A stretch of 64,000 bases of DNA, taken from NCBI GenBank assembly GCA_027053075.1, contig JALUEE010000047.1, forward strand, positions 1 through 64,000, in the 5' to 3' direction. How positions within the stretch are numbered: the first letter of the stretch is position 1; each line of letters opens with the position of its first letter. This document shows, piece by piece, positions 30,647-41,077 of the stretch. The notes under the pieces were generated by a model that was not told the DNA's origin, ran no database searches, and saw only the letters and a list, made by a program, of their open reading frames with translations. This DNA is from a candidate division WOR-3 bacterium (GTDB lineage Bacteria; Hydrothermota; Hydrothermia; B15-G9; WFZT01). The position numbers and the translations under genes are program-made.

Positions 30647-30804
30647 AGGACCCGGAAGGGTATTCGAAAATGTCACCCCTGTTTATCCCTTTGTGCGACA
30701 TGGCGGAAGTAAAAAAGATATCAAGAATTAAGTGATTCAGAATTTTCCAGGTTAGACACTAGTCCCTCTTTCCTTCATCTGGAAGGGGGAATTGAAAAAT
30801 TTAA

Positions 30805-30833
30805 GGGGGGCGCGGACGAAGTCCGCGCCCCCC
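30805..30833. repeat. GAA-triloop palindrome, possible terminator
   Basis: GGGGGGCGCGGAC-GAA-GTCCGCGCCCCCC just past the stop at 30848. Confidence 0.8.
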
Positions 30834-30847
30834 ATTCACATTCTTCC

Positions 30848-32917
30848 CTACCTCACTACAAGCACCTTACCAAACTTTCCATCCACCGAGTAATAGTAAA
30901 TACCCGGTGCAAATCCTCTCAAATCAATTTCCTTTCTCCCAACACCGTTGAGCCTGAAACTCTTAACCCTTCTCCCATCTACACTGTATAAATCAACTCT
31001 CAGATTACGCGATTCCCGAATATTCAACTCGATCCTGTTTACCATGGCCTTAACTTCCAGGCTCTCGAAAGCATTTCCACTTTCCTCCACACCTGTCATC
31101 GGGAAATGGAATATATACAATCCATCACCGCGGTCATCTGCAATAATATAATCGGGCTCAAGCATAAGTCTCCATACCCAATCGGGCGTGTCAAAGGAAT
31201 CTGCTACAGTCGGATTAGATAGGTTGGACACATCATACACCACAAGTCCACCAGCTTCTTCACCGGCAAAGAGATAGTGTCCATAAGCTGCCACATCCCT
31301 CACATTTGCGTCTGTAGTAATGTGAGACAACATTACAGGACTTGTGGGATCGGCAACGTTGTAAATGTAAATTCCGTCATTCCAGGCACCTGCAAAAGCA
31401 ATTGTATCCTCTACCCAAATTCCGTAAGTCTTTCCACCGTGGACCATTGCCCCGATTTCCTGCGGAGACTGAGGGTTGGCCACATTGATTATTCTCACCC
31501 CACCAGACCTGTCAGCAACATATACAAGCGTGTCTTTTTTGAAAAGCTTGAAGGCCACATTCTGCGTCGGCACATGAGAAATTACCTGAATATTTCCCGG
31601 ATTAGCAAGATTTACTATATAAAATCCATCAGATGCAGCCGCAACATACCCAAGAGTATCCTCAGCGATAATATCGTAGATATTTGTGGCAATGCTGGCA
31701 GAACTTTCAAAAACAGGATTTGTCGGGTCGGATAGATCATAGACCCATAAACCCATAGATGCAGCGGCAACAAATAGCTTTCCATTGGAAACCGATGCAC
31801 CCCACGCAAAGTCAGGTGCTGCGGTCACAGCGTTAACATACTGAGGATTCGAAAGGTCACTCACATCAAGTACAAAAATTGGACTCCACGCTCCCACTGT
31901 GTAAAGATAGTTCCCGTATTTGGCCATTCCCCAGACCCAGAATCCTGTCTGAATTTGACTTACAAGTGTTAGGTTATGTGGGTTTGACCAGTCAAAAATT
32001 TTAAATCCACGCGTTCTATCACCTTCGTAAATATAACTCGAATCAAGCACAAATTTACTCGCCGTTCCATCCGTATCATAAAAACCAAGCACAGTAGGTA
32101 ACATTGGATTCGAAACGTCATACACGTAAATGCCTCTCGTCCAGTGAGTGACGACACAGTAGTTTCCAAGAACCTTAACGTCCCAGGCATAACTACCAGG
32201 GTCATAGCTACCGAGATAGACCGGATTTGTGGGGTCGGCAACATTTAGAGTAACAAGTCCATTTCCGCCATATGCAATATATGCAACTGTGTCTTTAACC
32301 CATATTCCGTAGGCGTATGAAGTTCCGAGACTCCAGGAATTTACAAGCGTCGGGTTGGATGGATCAGAAATATTTAGAATTTTTATCCCATTCCCATAAT
32401 CGGCAATGTATGCGAGTGTATCCTGGACAAATACTGATAATACTGCATCCACATTGTTACTAAATCTTCCCACCTGAACAGGTGCTGCAGGGTTGGAAAC
32501 ATTGTAGATTCCGAGACCATACTCCCTTGCCGCAACGTATAGAAGCGTATCCTCCACCCAGAGACCGAGAACACGCCACGTGGTGTCAGCCGTAACCGTG
32601 GCTATCACATGGGCACTATCTACGTTGTGAACATCAGCCACTGAGAAACCAGTGTAAGAATTTGCAATGTAAAGATATCCATTTTGATACTTCAAACCGT
32701 GCACAATATCTGGCGTATAAAACCAGTTCAAAACCTGAGGATTGGAGGGCGTTGAAACATCCACTATCAAAACAGCAGCTCCTCCACCAATGTAAAGAGT
32801 ATCTCCATGTTTGGCAACCGCCTCAGAAGGCCCCCACAATGCGCGTGATACAAGGTTTAATCCCTGTGCTCCAACAACCCCCACGGTCAGGGTTAGCGCC
32901 AACAATAACTTCTTCAT
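30848..32917 (-). CDS. Secreted LVIVD-repeat beta-propeller protein with T9SS-like C-terminal domain
   Basis: Signal peptide, many YxA..GLxIxDVSNPxxP repeats, LYSVDGRRV...APGIYY tail. Confidence 0.88.
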   Translation of the reverse strand: MKKLLLALTLTVGVVGAQGLNLVSRALWGPSEAVAKHGDTLYIGGGAAVLIVDVSTPSNPQVLNWFYTPDIVHGLKYQNGYLYIANSYTGFSVADVHNVDSAHVIATVTADTTWRVLGLWVEDTLLYVAAREYGLGIYNVSNPAAPVQVGRFSNNVDAVLSVFVQDTLAYIADYGNGIKILNISDPSNPTLVNSWSLGTSYAYGIWVKDTVAYIAYGGNGLVTLNVADPTNPVYLGSYDPGSYAWDVKVLGNYCVVTHWTRGIYVYDVSNPMLPTVLGFYDTDGTASKFVLDSSYIYEGDRTRGFKIFDWSNPHNLTLVSQIQTGFWVWGMAKYGNYLYTVGAWSPIFVLDVSDLSNPQYVNAVTAAPDFAWGASVSNGKLFVAAASMGLWVYDLSDPTNPVFESSASIATNIYDIIAEDTLGYVAAASDGFYIVNLANPGNIQVISHVPTQNVAFKLFKKDTLVYVADRSGGVRIINVANPQSPQEIGAMVHGGKTYGIWVEDTIAFAGAWNDGIYIYNVADPTSPVMLSHITTDANVRDVAAYGHYLFAGEEAGGLVVYDVSNLSNPTVADSFDTPDWVWRLMLEPDYIIADDRGDGLYIFHFPMTGVEESGNAFESLEVKAMVNRIELNIRESRNLRVDLYSVDGRRVKSFRLNGVGRKEIDLRGFAPGIYYYSVDGKFGKVLVVR

Positions 32918-33138
32918 AACTTTACCTCCTTTTTATATCGAGGTGATATTATAACCCTATTCGCTGCGGAGAATAAACCGACAATTAAATAAAAATACAA
33001 GTAAAATGATGATTTATGCACTGACCGGATAAAAATAAAAGTGCCGAAAATTCCAGATTACCGTTAAAAGGGGGCCTCTGCCTCTATCCAGCGTGCGTAA
33101 TGATGAGAGGGAGTTACCTCTCGTCAAAGGCACGGATG

Positions 33139-33987
33139 TCATTTAACAATAAGTATTTTTCTGAAATTTTTCCCCGTCCTTAGCAAATAAAATCCAGATT
33201 TAGGAACTCCCCGGATTCTCCTCCCGGTTATATCAAATAATTCTCCATCCGGAATGGGGATTTTCCCGGCTGAAATTATTGCTTTTTCTTCAATAGATAC
33301 GGAATTTAACGCATTCTCGATAATTTGAATAAACCATCCCCAATCACTTCCCGAATCTGGCAACTCCGATGCAAAATTCGTGCTGTCTCTGTCACTATCC
33401 TCTTCGATTTCTGGGTGAACACCACTTAAGATAACCTTACCGTCCCCGTAATTTAGTTCGATGATAGCAGGTTCATTATTGACATTGTAAATAGCTATGG
33501 TATCAAAATTTCCGCCAGAAAAATATGGGCCTCCGTAGTAGAGGACCCATTCCGTTGAATCCTGCAAATTAATAGATGCCATGTTGTAGCTTGGCCATGG
33601 GGCGATCGAATCAATTGGACCAATAGCCGCTCCACTGTAAAGTGAGAGCGGATAAGAATATGACCTGCCTTCCCAGATCACGGTTCTTGACGCAAAGTAA
33701 GCCCCAGCGCAGATACCAACATAAACTCCACCATTCTGGACGAAACTTCTTATGTGAGAGATACCCGCAGAGTTTATGTTTCGCCTGTAATTGACAGCCC
33801 ATCCTCCGGGGATCACAAGAACGTCGTAAGCATTTAACGGACTGGAATTAATAAAGCTGGCGTTAACAGTATCCACGTAAAAATTATAAAACCTGAACAT
33901 CTGGATCAGGGCAACTTTGCCATCATCCCACACACCTTGACCGGTAAACAACGCCACCCTGAATGCGAGTATCATGAGCAAAAGCAT
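33139..33987 (-). CDS. Secreted BPL-N (glutamine-amidotransferase-like) domain protein
   Basis: LVIPGG, YVGICAGAY, SGVHPE; short DITGRR...SGFYLL tail. Confidence 0.8.
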   Translation of the reverse strand: MLLLMILAFRVALFTGQGVWDDGKVALIQMFRFYNFYVDTVNASFINSSPLNAYDVLVIPGGWAVNYRRNINSAGISHIRSFVQNGGVYVGICAGAYFASRTVIWEGRSYSYPLSLYSGAAIGPIDSIAPWPSYNMASINLQDSTEWVLYYGGPYFSGGNFDTIAIYNVNNEPAIIELNYGDGKVILSGVHPEIEEDSDRDSTNFASELPDSGSDWGWFIQIIENALNSVSIEEKAIISAGKIPIPDGELFDITGRRIRGVPKSGFYLLRTGKNFRKILIVK

Positions 33988-34807
33988 GTAAAGATTTTAC
34001 AAGCAAAATGTGTCTGAAAGCAAATTACAGATAATTGAGATCAGGGCTCATCAATCTAAGTCGCACTTATTTGTGCAAGTTATTTCTACTCTCTACCATG
34101 CTAAATACTCATTCCAGGGATATGAGCATGAGGTTCTCTCGGGATTATAACATAGACATTCATCTTCTGCTTGCTTGGGTGTAAATCAATAACAACCAGG
34201 AACTTCTCTAAGCATAGTCTCCAGGGAGGTATAGATCGAATCGGAAGACGGGGGAGGATGTCTTATATTTCGCTGATTCTTGCATTTTGGCTTCATGTTC
34301 GCGTTTTGAGCTGTTTCAATACGTCTTTTATGAGTAAAAGGGAATAACACCGTAGGAAGAAATTCTTTAACTTCCTTAATAATTCTCCCGTTTGCGGCCT
34401 GAAAGATGAATCGAAGAGGTTGAAAATTCCCCCATGTTCTGCGCTCATCAGAGTTAGAGCTCTATTTCTGGGTCTTTGTAAACGTCTGGAGGTTCGTATG
34501 TTCCGGGGTCGTCAGAGTTGCCGAGCTTTTCCAGTTGTTTGTCTTGCATGTCGAGAATTTTCTTCTGTTCCCCTGATCGTTGATTATCCTTTTTCCACTT
34601 TCTCTGCAAGCGTTGTCCTGAAAAAAATGGTAATTGGAAAAACTGGTGAGCTCCCTCCCTCGCTTGCGAAGCAAACGGGCTCTTTTACGCTCAGAAACGT
34701 TGGTTGGGATAAGTTAGCGCCCCGCATTTCTCGAAATCTCATTCCGTAGAGGTGTTTGGATAAGTTAGCATTCTTCCCCGCCTGCAAAATAAGTAGGGGA
34801 GCTGCCT

Positions 34808-35043
34808 GAATTAAATCCAGCTCTGCGTCATGAGCACGGGTATTTGTGAGAAAGTGGATTTCTGGGCACTAAGAATTAAATCAAGCTCTGTGACATAAGC
34901 ACCATCCGCGAGAGAAGAGATTACATTCACGACCTTAAAGACAATAGGAATTAAATCCAGCTCTATAACATAGTCACTTAAAAAACAACGCTGAGCTGGT
35001 TTTGAAAGAGCATGAATTAAAATCAGCTCTATAACACAGTCAC
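34808..35043. repeat. CRISPR-like mini-array: four diverged 30-nt repeats with unique 35/45/36-nt spacers
   Basis: Repeats at 34808, 34873, 34948, 35014 (e.g. GAATTAAATCCAGCTCTATAACATAGTCAC). Confidence 0.7.
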
Positions 35044-35220
35044 CCTCCCGTGGTTTTTTTGGTAGAACCTTTTTCATAGGCTTTTTCATAGTCACCCTCC
35101 CCCACTTGCTCTGCAAGTGGAGGAGTAGTCCAGTTCCCACCTTCGAAACTAAGGAAGTTTCCCTCCCCCACTTGCCCTGCAAGTGGGGGAGGGCAAGGGA
35201 GGGGGCATTCCGCTTGAAAA

Positions 35221-35502
35221 TTTTAAAAACTTAAGACGTTTATCTTCTTCCCCCTTGCGCAAGTAGGAATATTACTAACCTTTAAGTGACCAAAATTACT
35301 CCAACAAGTTTGGAAAAATTTTAAAAAGACACTGACATCGTCAACTACTATTAGTGGAATCCCAATCTTTTTACGACTAAAGTGTTGAAAATTCACGATT
35401 TCAATAAAAATTAAAGAGTTTTACCATCTTAGTGTCTAAATTTTATTTCCCTACCAAAGCAAACTGCTTGCAGAATCAGCCACTTAAATTTATCATATAT
35501 GT
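35221..35502 (+). promoter_or_regulatory. Putative CRISPR leader
   Basis: AT-rich non-coding stretch before the first repeat; the degenerate repeat is at the opposite end. Confidence 0.65.
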
Positions 35503-36789
35503 GTTCCGATCCTACCTACGAGGCATGGAAATTATCATCCACCTGAACGTCCCATGAAGCAGAATCAAGTTCCGATCCTACCTACGAGGCATGGAAATGA
35601 AAAATTCGGAATCAATTGCCCTGTAAGTGAATTGTTCCGATCCTACCTACGAGGCATGGAAATATTGGCCTTGTTCCTGCAGAAAACATAAGAGTGTCTT
35701 TGTTCCGATCCTACCTACGAGGCATGGAAATTTGAGATTGAGAAGTAGCCGTCAGTAGTGGAGATAGGTTCCGATCCTACCTACGAGGCATGGAAATTCC
35801 CCATATTCAGCTCGATATAGTTTTTTCAATTCGTTCCGATCCTACCTACGAGGCATGGAAATTACCTCCTTTTATTTTAATTATCCCTAAACCTAACGTT
35901 CCGATCCTACCTACGAGGCATGGAAATGCTTTGACTGATTGAGGTATGTGGAAAGTAAGTAAAGAGTTCCGATCCTACCTACGAGGCATGGAAATTTTTG
36001 TTTATAATCCCTTTCATAACATTTCTCCTCGTTCCGATCCTACCTACGAGGCATGGAAATGCGATCTTCTCAGAGAAATACGGGAACTAAAAGAGGGTTC
36101 CGATCCTACCTACGAGGCATGGAAATGCAAAAGTCCCAGGTAATTGCCCTGGAGAATCCCTTGTTCCGATCCTACCTACGAGGCATGGAAATCTCCGTTG
36201 CCGGCTAATCCGAATGCAAGGGTATTGGTTCCGATCCTACCTACGAGGCATGGAAATTAGATATCGAGAAGATTCTGAGGCTTCCGGTGTATTGTTCCGA
36301 TCCTACCTACGAGGCATGGAAATCATTTCTATTTTCTAACTTGGGTTTCACAAATTTTTCCCGTTCCGATCCTACCTACGAGGCATGGAAATAAACCAAT
36401 ATCACCAAATCCTATATAATCATGACTTTCGTTCCGATCCTACCTACGAGGCATGGAAATGAATAGACTATAAAAGCCCAGCCGTTTTGAGTTGGTGTTC
36501 CGATCCTACCTACGAGGCATGGAAATTATGTTTGGAAACATGAAATAAAATGGTATAAGAGAGTTCCGATCCTACCTACGAGGCATGGAAATCCGGAAGA
36601 CCCAGAAAAGATAAAGGAACTTGATGTAGTTCCGATCCTACCTACGAGGCATGGAAATACGGTTTTATCCACACCGTACACGGAGTTTGACAGGGTTCCG
36701 ATCCTACCTACGAGGCATGGAAACTCCAATCCTCTTTTAAGACAAATACATACGGCAATGTTCCGATCCTACCTACGAGGCAAAAAATT
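35503..36789 (+). CRISPR. CRISPR array, 20 repeats and 19 spacers (35-39 nt)
   Basis: Repeat GTTCCGATCCTACCTACGAGGCATGGAAAT (30 nt); repeat 19 ends GAAAC, repeat 20 (36760) is degenerate at its 3' end. Confidence 0.99.
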
Positions 36790-36868
36790 TGGTCTATCTT
36801 CTCTGACTCATTGACCTTCTGAGATTGCTTTGAAGATAAAAAATTTTGGGATTTTGAAACGTCCTCCA

Positions 36869-36909
36869 CGCGGTTTTGCCCACAAACGAAGTTTGTGGGC
36901 AAAACCGCG
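36869..36909. repeat. GAA-triloop palindrome downstream of the array
   Basis: CGCGGTTTTGCCCACAAAC-GAA-GTTTGTGGGCAAAACCGCG, 19-bp perfect stem. Confidence 0.85.
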
Positions 36910-37003
36910 AAAATACATTCACCCCACCATCAAAAACTATCCCTTCCCATCCCTCCACCTCCAATTCTTGTTTGAAAGCTCCCCATTCGTTAGAATTTTC
37001 GAC

Positions 37004-38878
37004 ATGACCCTGAGGAAAAGACTTTCAATCTACACCATAATTCTCGTAGTGGTTTTCATCACTACCGCCACCGGAATCTATTACGTCATCTCCACAAACT
37101 CCCTCAAAAAGGAACTCTTCTCTCAGGGTGAACTCATGGTCCAGCAGAACATCCTTCTACTTGATGACTTCTTTAGTAATGCAAGGAATATCACCGAGGC
37201 TATTGCAGCCAGCGAAAAACTCAAAAACTACCTCCTCAACCCTTCAAAAACCCTGCAACTTTCCCTCGAACAGGAGTTCCTCCAGATTTATAAAAAAATT
37301 GACATTATCCAGGCAATTAGACTCGTGGATACTTCCGGCCACATTCGTGTGTTTATCAAGGAAGGCGAAATCTTATCAGAAAATCCGCGTTACACAAAAA
37401 TCAGCCTTTCTCACAAAAAATTTTTCATAAAAGCGAGGAATTACAAAGGCAAAGGAGTCATTTTCTCTAATATGGAACGCGGAAAACTCCCCAACGAAGA
37501 AACCTTCTGCCCCTCAATGGTTAGATCCATAAAACCCCTCACTCGCAATAATCAAAGAATTGGATACCTTGTCATAAATTTCTGGGGTGACAAAATCGGT
37601 AGTACACTGAATCTAAACAAAGACCCGGAGAGAAAACACTCATTCCTTGTCGAAATCAACCTCAGAGACTCTACAAGGAATGGCATTTTCCTCTACCACT
37701 GGAACAAAAAATACGAATTTGCTAATCAATTCAGAACCGGTTATACATTTCAGGGAATGTACGGCCCCGACCTCTGGCAAAAATTAACATCTCACAAATG
37801 CGGAGTTATGAGATTAAAATCGGGGGATTTCATGTTTTTCGATACATTCTATCCTTACAAAGATTCTCTGCAGGCATGGAAAGTCTGCTCAATCCTCAAC
37901 CATGATCAATTCTTCAAAAGTGTAGTTTACATCAAAAGATTTTACTTTCTCATTGTCCTTGTATCTATCGTTTTTGTAATAATTTTCTCGCACTCTTTCA
38001 GCCGAAAATTTACAAACCCCATCTGGCAAATCCTTGGACAACTCGAGAGAATTGGCAGGGGAGACCTCTCAGGGATAGACCCCATAAAAGGGGATTACGA
38101 AATTGAAATAATCTCAAAAAGCATAAGCAGCATGGTGGAATCCTTAAGAAAATACATTGAGGAACTCCATGACACTCGCAAAAAGCTTGAAATGCTTGAC
38201 AGACTTTCATCTCTGGCTACCCTCTCAGCAGGTCTGGCCCACGAACTCAGCACACCACTTAATTCGATAATATTGATATCCGAAATGCTCGCAGACGAGC
38301 TCGAAGGAGAAAAGAAAGACGACGTTCTGACTATAAAAAATCAGGCAGAAAGATGCATGAAAATAATTCACAGCCTGAGAGAGTTCTCCGCACGCAAACT
38401 CGAAGACGAGCACATTGAACTTATTCGACTTGGGGAAGTAATTAAAAAATTGAAGCCATTACTCGAGTTCTACGCCTCAAAATTTAACTTTGAAGTCAAA
38501 CTTCAGGATACCGGTCTCATCAAAGGTAATCGCATTCAGATTGAGCAACTCATAATAAACCTGGTGATAAATGCGGTGGACGCCCTGAAAAGCACAAAAA
38601 ATGGGGTTATAAGGCTGGAGACATTTAATGAAAACGGACATGTTGTCCTGAAAATTGAGGATAACGGTGAGGGAATTTCCAACGAGCACATAAACAGGAT
38701 TTTCGATCCGTTTTTCACAACAAAGGATGTGGGGAAAGGAACAGGTCTTGGCTTATCTATTGTTCACGGGATCATAAAATCCCACGGTGGGCATATCGAC
38801 GTAAAATCCGAGAAAGGCAGGGGGACTATTTTTATCATAAGATTTCCGGAGGCAAAAAATGAAAATTCTATTAATTGA
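37004..38878 (+). CDS. Membrane sensor histidine kinase (periplasmic Cache-like, HAMP, HisKA, HATPase)
   Basis: Two TMs, AHELSTPL, NLVINA, DNGEG, FFTTK..GTGLGL. Confidence 0.93.
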   Translation: MTLRKRLSIYTIILVVVFITTATGIYYVISTNSLKKELFSQGELMVQQNILLLDDFFSNARNITEAIAASEKLKNYLLNPSKTLQLSLEQEFLQIYKKIDIIQAIRLVDTSGHIRVFIKEGEILSENPRYTKISLSHKKFFIKARNYKGKGVIFSNMERGKLPNEETFCPSMVRSIKPLTRNNQRIGYLVINFWGDKIGSTLNLNKDPERKHSFLVEINLRDSTRNGIFLYHWNKKYEFANQFRTGYTFQGMYGPDLWQKLTSHKCGVMRLKSGDFMFFDTFYPYKDSLQAWKVCSILNHDQFFKSVVYIKRFYFLIVLVSIVFVIIFSHSFSRKFTNPIWQILGQLERIGRGDLSGIDPIKGDYEIEIISKSISSMVESLRKYIEELHDTRKKLEMLDRLSSLATLSAGLAHELSTPLNSIILISEMLADELEGEKKDDVLTIKNQAERCMKIIHSLREFSARKLEDEHIELIRLGEVIKKLKPLLEFYASKFNFEVKLQDTGLIKGNRIQIEQLIINLVINAVDALKSTKNGVIRLETFNENGHVVLKIEDNGEGISNEHINRIFDPFFTTKDVGKGTGLGLSIVHGIIKSHGGHIDVKSEKGRGTIFIIRFPEAKNENSIN

Positions 38879-40145
38879 AGACGACGCTGTATTATGCAAA
38901 ACGCTCGCGAAGATCCTGAGAAAGTATCATCACGTGGATGCATTCACAGACTCTCAAAAAGCGCTAAACCACCTTTCGTCCACTACTTATGATGTAGTTC
39001 TAACAGATGTTCGTATGCCTGGAGTCTCTGGCATAGACATTTTACAGCATGTCATGACTCATTCACCTGGCACGCATGTAATTTTATTTACGGGATACGG
39101 GACGGTTGATGAGGCGGTTCGTGCCATAAAAATGGGAGCATACGATTACATTCTGAAACCAATCGATACCACTTATCTCCTTTTGAAGCTTGAAAAGCTT
39201 GAAGAGATGAACTGCGATTTCCTTGCAAAATCTGAAGTCAATCTTGTGTATCAAAGTCAGGCAATGAAGTCCGTCGTGGATATGGCCCTCAAAGTGGCTC
39301 AAACTGATTCCACTGTGCTCCTAACTGGCGAAACCGGCGTGGGGAAAAATCTTGTTGCAAAACTCATTCATCTGAACAGCAAAAGGAAATCGAGGAAATT
39401 CCTCTCGTTTAACTGTGCGAATCTTCAGGAATCTCTCTTCGAGGGAGAATTATTTGGATATCGCAAGGGGGCATTTACGGGCGCAGTGAATGATAAAAAG
39501 GGCATTATCGAGCTTGCTCACAGGGGAACACTGGTGATTGACGAAATAACCGAAATGCCAGTGAACATTCAGGCAAAATTTCTAAAATTCCTCGAGGAAA
39601 AGGCCTTTTTTAAGCTCGGAGATAATGAACAAACCCGGGTTGATGTTAGAATAATTGCTATCACAAACAAAGACATTGAATCAATGGTGAAAAGTGGAAA
39701 GTTCAGGGAAGACCTGTTTTACAGAATAAATGTTTTCAGGATTCATATCCCACCTTTGAGGGATAGGAAAGAAGACATTCCTGTTCTTGCTCGCTATTTT
39801 CTTGATAAATTCAAAGAGATAAATCCAGGAATTACTGGAATTTCCGATGAAGCAATGGAAAAGCTCATGGCCTACGATTACCCCGGGAATGTGCGGGAAC
39901 TCTCAAACATCATTGAAAGGGCGATGATACTTTCGAGAAGTGAGAGGTGGATTCTTCCCCATCACATAACAACTCTTTTTGGCAGACCACAGGTAACGAA
40001 CCTGAGTCTTGATGAGCTAACAAGACGACATATTTTATCGGTACTTCAATTTACCGGAGGGGACAAATCAAAAGCCGCGAAGATACTTGGAATTGACCGC
40101 TCTACCCTGTACAGGAAGCTGAAGGAGTATGGGATAGAGGTATAG
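38859..40145 (+). CDS. Sigma-54-dependent response regulator (NtrC family)
   Basis: REC domain, GETGVGK, GAFTGA, PGNVREL, Fis HTH. Confidence 0.95.
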   Translation: MKILLIEDDAVLCKTLAKILRKYHHVDAFTDSQKALNHLSSTTYDVVLTDVRMPGVSGIDILQHVMTHSPGTHVILFTGYGTVDEAVRAIKMGAYDYILKPIDTTYLLLKLEKLEEMNCDFLAKSEVNLVYQSQAMKSVVDMALKVAQTDSTVLLTGETGVGKNLVAKLIHLNSKRKSRKFLSFNCANLQESLFEGELFGYRKGAFTGAVNDKKGIIELAHRGTLVIDEITEMPVNIQAKFLKFLEEKAFFKLGDNEQTRVDVRIIAITNKDIESMVKSGKFREDLFYRINVFRIHIPPLRDRKEDIPVLARYFLDKFKEINPGITGISDEAMEKLMAYDYPGNVRELSNIIERAMILSRSERWILPHHITTLFGRPQVTNLSLDELTRRHILSVLQFTGGDKSKAAKILGIDRSTLYRKLKEYGIEV

Positions 40146-40165
40146 ATAGTCGGGAGTGACCAATT

Positions 40166-40635
40166 GAGTCTGTTCGAAAGTTCATTCTTTAATATCTACA
40201 TTTGGGAAACAACTGAACCTAAGTTTCCTCTCTCCCACGCAGAGCGTGGGAGAGGGTTTTAAAAGGGTGACACTCCGCTTGAAGATTAGAAGTTTAGGAT
40301 AACGATCTCATGTAGGGTTGAAAAGGGAGTTTGAATACTCATTTTATACGAAAACTTTGAATTATGTTGCCCCTCTCCTTTTATCCTCTCCCCGCAAGTA
40401 TTTATGCGGGGAGAGGAGTATTTTGCGTTTGGAAATATTCGGCTCCCAGGTCGATTTTCGAAGGGCTTTAGGTAGGGGGTTACGTCAGAAACTTTCGAGT
40501 GTTATACTACGATAGAGTCATTAGACAGAAATCCTTAAATTCAATCTTTCATCATTTCCTCCATCCCTGGGAATGAAATGGGCAGGGAGATTCCTCTTTA
40601 AATTCCAGATAAATTGAAATTCTTCGAACACACTT
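40166..40635. mobile_element. MITE with TIRs and 9-bp target duplication
   Basis: GAGTCTGTTCGAA / TTCGAACACACTT; TGACCAATT at 40157-40165 and 40636-40644. Confidence 0.8.
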
Positions 40636-40731
40636 TGACCAATTAAATTTAGAAATTTTTGCATTGATTATCGAGGCGTTCACTGATTCGGGATTGTTTA
40701 GAACAGAGTGGTAGGGTATGTAGAAACGTTA

Positions 40732-40768
40732 TTGGTGCCGCCGCAAGCTTCGCTTGCGGCGGCACCAA
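40732..40768. repeat. Triloop palindrome (GAA on minus strand)
   Basis: TTGGTGCCGCCGCAAGC-TTC-GCTTGCGGCGGCACCAA. Confidence 0.85.
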
Positions 40769-40944
40769 CAAAAAACGGCATTCCACTCGAATAGAATTTC
40801 TTAAACCCCACAAAAGATATTTTCCCCAACCAAAATCAAACCACCACTGATCAACCTGGTCAGCTCTTTTATCTCCGAAAGTTTAGCCCTTTCAACTAAC
40901 CCAAACTTTATCAGTTGCTTCTTGTGTAGATTGAGATATCTTTT

Positions 40945-41046
40945 TGTTGCATTCTGCGACATAATTGACACCAATCGTCTCATTTTAAGACTGATGGCAT
41001 CCGAAATCCCCTAATTTACTTACAAAGCTGTGGCAGAAAAATTGCA
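40945..41046 (+). promoter_or_regulatory. Sigma-54 promoter with candidate upstream activator site
   Basis: TGGCAGAAAAATTGCA (GG-N10-GC) at 41031-41046; inverted repeat TGTTGCATTCTGCGACA at 40945-40961. Confidence 0.75.
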
Positions 41047-41077
41047 TCTCACTCTCCGACAAAAGGAGGTGAAGTGT

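Noticed and set aside
30336..30735. ORFs inside repeat elements (also 3643-3870, 40318-40515, 58320-58664)
   Set aside because: Translations of hairpin/MITE DNA with no transposase motifs
33100..33128. Hammerhead ribozyme or box C/D RNA (TGATGA plus stem)
   Set aside because: Lacks the CUGAUGA/GAAA core and a box D
34808..35043. Mini-array as a TIGR-type array or dif site
   Set aside because: No dual 9-nt spacer or box C/D layout and no Tas-like gene; only a partial TATGTTA resemblance to a XerD arm
34811..35182. 123-aa ORF with repeated VIELDLI peptides
   Set aside because: It starts inside a palindromic repeat and the fourth DNA repeat is out of frame (period 65), so the repeat looks DNA-level; not fully excluded
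35863..35897. Spacer 6 as self-targeting (similar to the sequence near 32923)
   Set aside because: Only a short anti-Shine-Dalgarno-type match
35946..36902. Short ORFs 35946-36143, 36526-36729 and 36708-36902
   Set aside because: They are translations of CRISPR repeats and spacers
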